From a virus: a stretch of DNA of 64,000 nucleotides. Below, piece by piece: positions 10,201 to 17,533 of the stretch (positions are counted from its first letter, which is position 1; every line of letters starts with the position of its first letter). The notes beneath the pieces were generated by a model. That model was not told where the DNA came from. It did no database searches and was given only the letters and a program-made list of their open reading frames with translations. The stretch spans positions 1 through 64,000 of the IMG/VR virus record IMGVR_UViG_3300005676_000020; one strand, given 5' to 3'. A program made the translations under genes and the position numbers.

Positions 10201-11822
10201 TCAGGATGTTTGTTGAAAGTTCTTATAACCTTCCGTTCCGTGAGAACTCCATTGCTAACGACGAACGTAAGCATTACGATAAAGAGTTCATCACTGACCT
10301 TTCGTCCTTGTTCCGGAGTGACATTATCAAATCAGACAACTACTATGAGATTGACAGATCACTGTCACCTATAAAGCAGTTGAATCTGACCTATGCTGAA
10401 CCACAAGCTATAGACTTCTCAATAGCCAAGGCCCGGTGCTTTTCTAACGAACCTAACAAGCTTATATACTCATTACCATCTGACCTGGAGAGTAAAAGAG
10501 ATACCTGGAGAAACTTCCTGGTAAACAACTACGTTCTCTTTCCAAAAGACCATGGTCGTCTGGTAACTGTCAAGGAAATAAACCGTACCGGTATAATGTA
10601 CTTCTTTGAAAATGCGCCGGTTAAGATACATTCAGGAGTAGATGAACTACAGACAGACCTTGGCGTAAAGATAAACATTGGCGACGGCGGACTATTCGCC
10701 AGAGAGCCTCAGAGTATAATCAACTCAGATGTTGACTATACAGAATGCCAGTCAGCTTTCTCTGTGGTAAGCACTCAGTACGGAGTGTTCTTTATGTCAC
10801 AGAAACAAGGTAAGATATTTCAGTATGACGGCTCGGTAAATGATATATCCGGTGGTCTTAAATGGTGGTTATCTGAACATCTTCCATCTAAGTTACTACG
10901 TCAGTTTCCGAATTTTGAACCTAAGGACAATCCGGTAATAGGCGTAGGTTGTATATCTGTATTCGACAACACGAACGAAGTGGTCTATTTCTGTAAGAAA
11001 GACTACCAGCTCAAGAAGGAATTTGAAGGTAGAGTAACCTACAGTTCAGGAAACCAGTTCAAGATAGACGGTCGTGGTCGGATTATTCTAGGTGACCCAA
11101 GATATTTTGACGACGCCTCAGTGACTATATCCTATGACCCAAAGATAAAAGCCTGGATTAGCTTCCATGACTGGCATCCTGACTGGGTTATACAAGGTGA
11201 CCGTCATTTTATGACGTTCAAAGACTCTTATATCTGGAGACATAACGAAGCGGTAGACTCTTATTGTAACTTCTACGATGTAGACTATCCCTGGGAAATA
11301 GAATTCAGCTATGCTGATCCTTACCAGGTTACCTCTCTTGAGAGCATAGAATACTTGTTAGAATGTTATAAGTACTTTAACCGCGATGACCGGTTCCATA
11401 TACTTGACGAGAATTTTGACAGGGCCATAATCTATAACTCTGAACAATGTTCTGGTCTGCTTAAACTGGTTCCTAGGGAGTACAACCGACCTTCCAGAAT
11501 ACTGGAATATCCCCGGGTCAATGGCAACCTTACCGAGATAGAAGTGTCTAAGCAGGAGCAGAAGTACCGGTTCAACCAGTTCGTTGACCTTACGAAGAAC
11601 CGTGGTCAGTTCACACTGAACTGGCGCCTTATATTCAACACTATGGCCAACGGATATCGTAAAGTACTGAACCCGAATAATCTAGACTTTAACAAGTCAA
11701 TAAACGACCGTAAGAAGTTTCGTCATAATAACACTGTGCTAATACTCAGAAAGAACGTATCCGGTAACGTAAAGATGATGTTGCATCTTGGTAGTCTCAA
11801 ATCAGTTAAATCATTCAGGTAA
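7233..11822 (+). CDS. muzzle / tail stabilisation protein (crAss-like; P22 gp10-related)
   Basis: 1529 aa. N-terminal F.KGM..D, central FGGDT.I, C-terminal TISYD....WISFHDW.P. The TTG start is uncertain. Confidence 0.8.
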   Translation: MEQNQKVDAKFFAKGMQSDLDPRFIEQGQYLRAINAVMNSHEGDLMKIGNEPSNIRCSKIPYTLIGAISLKNSRYAVFSTNNTDSEIGIFDSRDCSYTKLINDPCLRFSETALIRGVSKENYDCTESIYWNDGINPARHLNIENPPYKKRYRRDPEGGCDIAENTSELDCEALRLTPLMTVPDATLELAEGGGLPNGAYRVTIAYATKNIRISDYLMVSNPQFIYNITGTGGGLEVTFTNLDPDFEQYELVLIATVNQQTTARRIGFFNTSQESVYIDNLKQDDIRTDLTTIPLQSVYYEGGEGMFRVNKYLVQTAVRTRKEFNYQPQANRIRAKWVAYAVPENYYRRGGNKIGYTKGENLAPYIRFVYNTGHRTAAFPLVGREATVKDRTKVNNIDAISYGEGEDVQFWQIYDTTTITRIYPTSTAPEYPVMEGEFGFVESDVEYPDNREVWGSTSCNKRRLFRFPDNCVVPNYDPSTKKILILGFKLENIEYPLDENGDPVEGIVGYEVLRADKEGNKEIIAKGVIYNAGEYESTTAFNEERKTLYPNYPLNDLRKDPFLSLKQVKGGCEGKDFRPMGTFRRDIFTFHSPETSFARPVLGSVLKIEAEYYGKVRGAFEPVYQHPKNKLIRDFAFFASAVIGIGEGILAITGKRTYTTDPTIVEGSATVLGVGVKAYRPLPLASTLFSNTAVGNLISSVLKGAGSTSKQSEETAVDKIPAALKIANAAVLFSFYFAQGTEKTLEIIKRLVPYQQYAYQYNAEALYTNQTCTSESNKIRRIDNYSYLFPGFQEFEGFRINNNMRESSVLLKLNSAISDPKVKDNSRQTIGDQRLWENPTKPFETTTSAYYVSVKRKLRSQYGQVDSGRILPTGSVVFPIEAGTKVQSDVIFGGDTVIDEFTLKRKMSFFKLDAVKNPDGYEFDYRLYPNIDLPRYWMDSHEYDISQFFRLSNIQLPNDQHYLDRRKTDCKSKASFIVKNGYFYLYNSAVVRMFVESSYNLPFRENSIANDERKHYDKEFITDLSSLFRSDIIKSDNYYEIDRSLSPIKQLNLTYAEPQAIDFSIAKARCFSNEPNKLIYSLPSDLESKRDTWRNFLVNNYVLFPKDHGRLVTVKEINRTGIMYFFENAPVKIHSGVDELQTDLGVKINIGDGGLFAREPQSIINSDVDYTECQSAFSVVSTQYGVFFMSQKQGKIFQYDGSVNDISGGLKWWLSEHLPSKLLRQFPNFEPKDNPVIGVGCISVFDNTNEVVYFCKKDYQLKKEFEGRVTYSSGNQFKIDGRGRIILGDPRYFDDASVTISYDPKIKAWISFHDWHPDWVIQGDRHFMTFKDSYIWRHNEAVDSYCNFYDVDYPWEIEFSYADPYQVTSLESIEYLLECYKYFNRDDRFHILDENFDRAIIYNSEQCSGLLKLVPREYNRPSRILEYPRVNGNLTEIEVSKQEQKYRFNQFVDLTKNRGQFTLNWRLIFNTMANGYRKVLNPNNLDFNKSINDRKKFRHNNTVLILRKNVSGNVKMMLHLGSLKSVKSFR

Positions 11823-14800
11823 TGGCAAAGAAACTAAAAACGTCGACAAAAGGTTACAAGAAGAGTTCGCCGGACAAAAATGAGCCGGCGCTAAGGATAC
11901 CTTCTGGTCGCATCACGATGAAAGATGTTCCGTTCCCGGTTCTGGGCATAGACAACTACGGAAACTCTGTGATAATGCAACCTGGGGAAGAGTACCAGTT
12001 CCCTGGTTCAGAGGTAATAGAAATGCCTGTATTACAAACCGGCGGACGTGCGCCAATCTATACGTCTAACCCTAATGACCCTCGCTTAAGAGCCTATAAC
12101 GATAGTGGGGAATCCTTAATTCCCGAAGGGTTCAATTCTCCGTATAAAGGAGATTTGAAAAGTTTTTCTCCAAAAGTAGATGTTAAGAAAAAGGAGGGGC
12201 AGTCTAAGAAAATAGAACAGCAAAAAAAGGTTGAAAAAATCATAAGTAAGCAAAAAACAATTGGTCCAACAAAACAATTTATAAGTCATCATTTAGAGAA
12301 AAAACATGAAGAAGATAGATTAAAAAAGTTAGAAGAATACGCAGCAACTCACCCTGAAGTTGAAGTTAGTCCATACGGTAATTTAACAACCTCCTCATAT
12401 GGGGAATTCATTCAAAAGTATGGAAAAAATTTAGATAAATTTGCAGGTAGCATGGAAACTCCTCTAGCAATACAAGGTGCTGGAGATTTACTATATGGGG
12501 TAGGTAAATTGGGTGCAAAGTATCTTCCTCAAGTAGGGGAATATCTTACAACACAAACTCCTTTAAAGAATACTTATAAGTATAATCCTTGGGCTTTTAA
12601 ACCTAATCCTGAAATGGGATATAGAATGCTGGGTCAAGAGGGGTTTGAAGATGCTTTAAATACTGGAGTATTAAGAGCTAAACCAATACCTAATAAATCT
12701 ACAAATGGGGGAATATCATTAACTAGAAATACCAATAGAAATCCTAATACAGGTAAGATGCAACCTGCTTTAGACAGACCTTATTTTGCGGATGGTTTTG
12801 TAGATGAAAGATACGCCTCTGACTATATGGCTGCTGTAAATAAAGTGAAAAATAATTTAGTACCTATACCTACTCATAGAGGTATTGCTCCAAGTACAGC
12901 TACAAATATTCCTATTGAAAATGTACAATTTTATAAAAAAGATTGGCTAAGAGGATATAAAGAAATTCCTAAACCTACATCTACTTTTAAGTCAGAAATA
13001 AATTGGAGTAAATGGAATCCAGAGCAAGGCACGGCAACCGGTTATATGAAGAAAGGCGGCCTCACTCCAAATAAGGCCCGTGAGATACTTCATGATGGTA
13101 AAGTGCATGGTAAAAAACTTACAGAAAAACAACGTCGTTTCTTTGGGGCAATGTCCAAAGGACATACGAAAAAGTATCAAATCGGCGGAAACTTAGGTAA
13201 AGCTGCAGCAAGTGCTTCAACCACGGATGAACAACTAGTTTTGAAGAAAAATGAAGACTACCTAAAGAATATAGGTTTAGTTCATTATGCAAATGCTTCC
13301 CGTAAACCTATATCCTCAAACTTTGAATACATACCCGATTTTGACGAAAGTTTACAGTTTATTAAGAATTGGTATGGTTCTCCTGAAGCTTTAGACAGGA
13401 TGACTAAATTGGTAGGTAAAAGAACTTTAGCAGAAAAGAATATGGAGTCAGCTAAAGAGAATGTAGAAAATACTTTTGTCTTTTCTGACCCGGAGAGGGT
13501 AAAGAATATCATTAAACAGTATGAGTCTAGAATGACTTATGCACCAGAGAGTGAAAAGAAACAATTGTATGATGAACTTATAAGACTTGATGTAAATAGG
13601 ATTTCTGCCCTGGAAGCAAAACGGGATTTTTATGGAGACATGATAGATAAAAACAAAGGTTTTTCTGCTGGGTTTTTCAATGCTAATGGGTCTATTGTGA
13701 ATATAAATGAAGGTTTAGTAAAAACAGCAAGTGATTTTGGACATCCTTTACAAAAACAATCAAGGGAAACATTGAAAAGAACCTCGGTTCATGAACTATC
13801 CCACGCATCCGGTATGGATAAACTCATGAAAAAGTTTGAACCAAAACCTTTACACAAATCAGTTAAGAATGCAATAGAAATGGGGTTTGTAGTTCCGAGG
13901 ATCAAAGAGTTGTCAAAAGAACTTGAGGGGAAACAACCGGATAGAGATTACTTAGAATCAGATACTTTTTATCCACGAATCATGGAGTTGAGGTTTATCC
14001 ACGGTATAAAACCGGGGGATACTATTGACAAGAAGAAGTTAGAAGAAATAAAAAAGAACCCTAAGAGTGCAAAGAACCCTTTATTTAGATATTATGGTGA
14101 CGACGATATTATCTGGATGATGAACAATCTGGTCAAGGCTAATAATAACTCTAATACAGAAAATACTATGAAAAAAGGTGGCATACATATAGACCCTAAG
14201 AATAAGGGTAAGTTTACCAAGTCGGCCAAGGCTGCCGGTATGGGTGTACAAGAGTTTGCAAGACATGTGTTGGCTAATAAGGAAGATTATTCTCCTACAC
14301 AGGTAAAGCGCGCAAACTTTGCAAGAAACGCTAAAAAATGGAGTGCTCAGGAAGGTTTTGTAGTACCTTCTGGAGAAACCTGGCAGTTTGATCCTATTAC
14401 AGGAGAACCAATGGGTGCACCGGAAAAATGGAGAAATGAAGACGACCCTGTAACTATACCTGGACTAAAAGAACATCTTGCTAAGATAAAGGCTGGTGTT
14501 CCAACTAACCCGTTTAAAACAACCGGTAATGAAGGCAGTGTACAAAATCCTATGGGCGCCGGCGCACCTGACACAGGTCCTGAAAAGAAGCCTTCTAAGA
14601 ACTATTTACCTACACTGAACGCTATCAACTTTGGGTTGACAAAGTTTGCCGAAAGTCTTAGGAATAAAGAACTTGAGAGATATAATAGGCAGATGATAGC
14701 CTTACAGAATGTCCCTCAACCCAGGAGACTTACCCGTATAGAGCAGTACGGTGACCCTTCTGTTTACCAGATAGGTGGAATGATACCTGAAGATGTATCC

Positions 14801-15463
14801 TATCTTATGGGTACAATACCTAATTTTGACATGTTACCCACTCCGGCAAAATCATCATCTGGGATGGATAACGTTGTTCAAGGAGCTATAAAGGGAACAA
14901 CTCAACAGGCGAAAGGAACACCTGTACCCGGTTCCGACTACGAGAATGTCATCTACAACACCTATATAGAGAACGGCCTAACACCTCAGGCAGCCCTGTT
15001 CCTGACAGCCCAGACAATGCACGAAACAGCTGACTACTCTTCAAACGTATTCAAGCAAAACAACAATGTAGCCGGAATAAAGATACCCAGGAAAAGAAAA
15101 TCTCCTTTTATCGAAGGGGTTGGTACGGCAGCACCTGCTAATGAATCCAAAGACCAGAAGTACAATAAGTACGCAAAATACAAGGATGTTAAGAGCGGGG
15201 CCCTGGACTTACTGGAGTGGATGAAGTACAATAAGATAGACCCTAATAAGTTCAATACCCCAGAGGAATATGCAGAGGCTCTCAGGCAGAAATCTTACTT
15301 TGGAAATACTGAGGAAGGTAAGAAGATATATGTAGCCGGTCTGCAAAACAAGATTAAAAAACTAAAGAAAAAAGGGTTCGAGAAAGGTGGTGAATACGAT
15401 CTTTCTGACTCAGAAATAGCCGAGCTTAAAGCTCAGGGCTACGATATCGAAATAATTGATTAA
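11822..15463 (+). CDS. mosaic virion cargo protein with zincin and C-terminal glucosaminidase-like peptidoglycan hydrolase domains
   Basis: N-terminal ITMK.V.FPVLG...M.PG.EY.FPG motif, HELSH zincin, and C-terminal HETA.YSS..FK.NNN.AGIK...Y..Y...YA..L....YF (GH73/lysozyme-like). Confidence 0.65.
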   Translation: MAKKLKTSTKGYKKSSPDKNEPALRIPSGRITMKDVPFPVLGIDNYGNSVIMQPGEEYQFPGSEVIEMPVLQTGGRAPIYTSNPNDPRLRAYNDSGESLIPEGFNSPYKGDLKSFSPKVDVKKKEGQSKKIEQQKKVEKIISKQKTIGPTKQFISHHLEKKHEEDRLKKLEEYAATHPEVEVSPYGNLTTSSYGEFIQKYGKNLDKFAGSMETPLAIQGAGDLLYGVGKLGAKYLPQVGEYLTTQTPLKNTYKYNPWAFKPNPEMGYRMLGQEGFEDALNTGVLRAKPIPNKSTNGGISLTRNTNRNPNTGKMQPALDRPYFADGFVDERYASDYMAAVNKVKNNLVPIPTHRGIAPSTATNIPIENVQFYKKDWLRGYKEIPKPTSTFKSEINWSKWNPEQGTATGYMKKGGLTPNKAREILHDGKVHGKKLTEKQRRFFGAMSKGHTKKYQIGGNLGKAAASASTTDEQLVLKKNEDYLKNIGLVHYANASRKPISSNFEYIPDFDESLQFIKNWYGSPEALDRMTKLVGKRTLAEKNMESAKENVENTFVFSDPERVKNIIKQYESRMTYAPESEKKQLYDELIRLDVNRISALEAKRDFYGDMIDKNKGFSAGFFNANGSIVNINEGLVKTASDFGHPLQKQSRETLKRTSVHELSHASGMDKLMKKFEPKPLHKSVKNAIEMGFVVPRIKELSKELEGKQPDRDYLESDTFYPRIMELRFIHGIKPGDTIDKKKLEEIKKNPKSAKNPLFRYYGDDDIIWMMNNLVKANNNSNTENTMKKGGIHIDPKNKGKFTKSAKAAGMGVQEFARHVLANKEDYSPTQVKRANFARNAKKWSAQEGFVVPSGETWQFDPITGEPMGAPEKWRNEDDPVTIPGLKEHLAKIKAGVPTNPFKTTGNEGSVQNPMGAGAPDTGPEKKPSKNYLPTLNAINFGLTKFAESLRNKELERYNRQMIALQNVPQPRRLTRIEQYGDPSVYQIGGMIPEDVSYLMGTIPNFDMLPTPAKSSSGMDNVVQGAIKGTTQQAKGTPVPGSDYENVIYNTYIENGLTPQAALFLTAQTMHETADYSSNVFKQNNNVAGIKIPRKRKSPFIEGVGTAAPANESKDQKYNKYAKYKDVKSGALDLLEWMKYNKIDPNKFNTPEEYAEALRQKSYFGNTEEGKKIYVAGLQNKIKKLKKKGFEKGGEYDLSDSEIAELKAQGYDIEIID

Positions 15464-17468
15464 ATTTAAGTATATGGCGAAGGTTAGAATAAAAGGTGTA
15501 CCTAAGAATATAAAACCTCTTTACAAGCAGGATCCTACAACCTATGCCCTGGAAGCAGGGCCGGTTTTCTTCCAGGATGATAAGGACGTTCAGGAATTCA
15601 GAACCCAATATCCGGAAGTAGATGAGGATGAGGCAAACATTGAGGTGGAGGCGGGTGAGCATATTCTTACACCGGACATGGAGAATTTCTCTATAGGTGG
15701 AAAGAAACATTCCCAGGGCGGCACCTTTATCGATGCTGACCCGGGCAGTTTCATATTTTCAGATCATAAATCTTTGAAAATCAAAGGTGAACCCCTGAAA
15801 GAATTTGGTATAAACCCCGATACAAAAAGAGGTAAGAAGGGCTTTACGCCGGCGGAAATAGCCAAGAAGTATAACACGAACAAGATGCTTGCCATCTTAC
15901 GTGACAAAAATTCAGATAAATTGGATAAGGAAACTGCCAGTTTGTCACTTGGCGGCATGACCAATAAACTCTCTAAGCTCGCTTTAATGCAAGAAGCTAT
16001 GAAAGGTTTTCCTCAGGGAATTCCTACAATAGCCGAGGACGAGATGGAAGATGATATGATGGAAGGAGAGGATATGATGAAAAAAGGCGGTTATTATCAG
16101 ACAGGTGGACAAACCGGTTGGAAGCGTCGTCCCCGTACAGGTAATATTGATGATTGGGTCTATGATGAAAATGCTATAGACCAGGAGGGTAATCCCGGCG
16201 CTTGGGTTAGGAGATCAGAAAATGTTCAGCCAGTTTCTGAAGAACCTGTTCAAAGTTCTGGGCAAACTGGTTGGAAACGCCGTCCTCGTACTGGAAATGT
16301 TAACGATTGGGTTTACGATGAAAACGCCGTAGATCAAGAGGGTAACCCCGGTGCTTGGGTAAAACGTTCAGGTGATGGTAAACGAGGTTCTGGACAAACC
16401 GGATGGAAGAGACGTCCTCGCACAGGTGACCCTAAAAAATGGGTTTACAACGAGAAAGGTATAGACGAAGATGGTAATGTTGGCGCCTGGGAAAAAAGAG
16501 GAGATGACGGAGATGGTCAATATAAAACCCTTCCGGAAGTTGTTTTACCCCCTGGTATAAGGAAAAGAAAGCCTGGTCCACAAGTTTCTGGTGTAGGTAA
16601 TGTTGGCCCTATAAAGCAAAGTGATGCTTCTTTAACCACCTATGAGGACCCTCTGTTTGATACCGGTTATGGTTCTGTTGACTATATGAACATGGCCGCT
16701 CCATTCGCTGTAGGTCTTAAAAAATACCCACCTATAAGAATAAATGTTAATGCCCCTCATCTGGATGATACTCTTATGGATTTAGAAGCCCAGCGCCAGG
16801 CTATTCGTGGTCAAGGGACTTTGGCAATGGCCGCAAATAACATGTTTGCAGGTTCTGCTTCAATGGCTTCTGCAAGAAACGCACAGATACTTGGACAGAC
16901 ACTTGACCCGTTAAACCAGAGCTTTTTGACAGAGTTTAACACTAACCAACAATCAAGGGCTCAGCGGGCTGCTAAACAGGCAGAACTTAACTTGCAGGCA
17001 GATACTCTAAATGCTGCAGCTGATGACCAATATAACGAGAGAACCGCTGCTATGAACCAGACCTTTGACGATGAAAAAAGGCTCCGGCTTAAGCAGTTTA
17101 TGAAGTCATTAAATGCTGCAGAAAGGTCTCGTCAGATGAGAAACGCCGCTAACGTCATAAATCAAGACTATATAATCGACGCAGAAGGTATGATAAGAAC
17201 AAAACCGGGTTCAAACGACCCTATGCGTAGATGGCTTCGTATTACCGGTAGCAACGAGGGTATGGCCGGTGCAAGTTTAGCGGACCAGTTTGAAGCATTT
17301 AAACAGTCTCTCCCGCCAGGTCTAAACATGACCGATGAAAAAGCATTTGACTACTTCTACAATAAGAACAGAAGTATTGTAACCGGCAAAGATGCATTCG
17401 GTAACACGGTTAGCCAAAGGAATCCTTTCCTATCCCCTGCTAATTTTCCTATTGGCTATACTGAATAA
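15456..17468 (+). CDS. virion cargo protein with three internal repeats
   Basis: ANIEVE.GE...G.KHSQGG...FIFSD motif seen in crAss-like cargo proteins, and a helical Ala/Gln-rich C-terminal half. The start may be ATG 15474. Confidence 0.65.
   Translation: MIKFKYMAKVRIKGVPKNIKPLYKQDPTTYALEAGPVFFQDDKDVQEFRTQYPEVDEDEANIEVEAGEHILTPDMENFSIGGKKHSQGGTFIDADPGSFIFSDHKSLKIKGEPLKEFGINPDTKRGKKGFTPAEIAKKYNTNKMLAILRDKNSDKLDKETASLSLGGMTNKLSKLALMQEAMKGFPQGIPTIAEDEMEDDMMEGEDMMKKGGYYQTGGQTGWKRRPRTGNIDDWVYDENAIDQEGNPGAWVRRSENVQPVSEEPVQSSGQTGWKRRPRTGNVNDWVYDENAVDQEGNPGAWVKRSGDGKRGSGQTGWKRRPRTGDPKKWVYNEKGIDEDGNVGAWEKRGDDGDGQYKTLPEVVLPPGIRKRKPGPQVSGVGNVGPIKQSDASLTTYEDPLFDTGYGSVDYMNMAAPFAVGLKKYPPIRINVNAPHLDDTLMDLEAQRQAIRGQGTLAMAANNMFAGSASMASARNAQILGQTLDPLNQSFLTEFNTNQQSRAQRAAKQAELNLQADTLNAAADDQYNERTAAMNQTFDDEKRLRLKQFMKSLNAAERSRQMRNAANVINQDYIIDAEGMIRTKPGSNDPMRRWLRITGSNEGMAGASLADQFEAFKQSLPPGLNMTDEKAFDYFYNKNRSIVTGKDAFGNTVSQRNPFLSPANFPIGYTE
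16107..16502 (+). repeat. three intragenic direct repeats (~37 codons each)
   Basis: GQTGWKRRPRTG...WVY.E...D..GN.GAW..R units starting at 16107, 16260 and 16392. Confidence 0.9.
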
Positions 17469-17533
17469 CTCTTATTAAGTTATCTTTGGAATAGTAAATC
17501 TCCAAAGTTTTTATTATCTTTTTAATGTAAAAA

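Noticed and set aside
16107-16502. CRISPR array
   Set aside because: The repeats are in-frame, degenerate at third codon positions and about 110 nt long. No cas genes are present.
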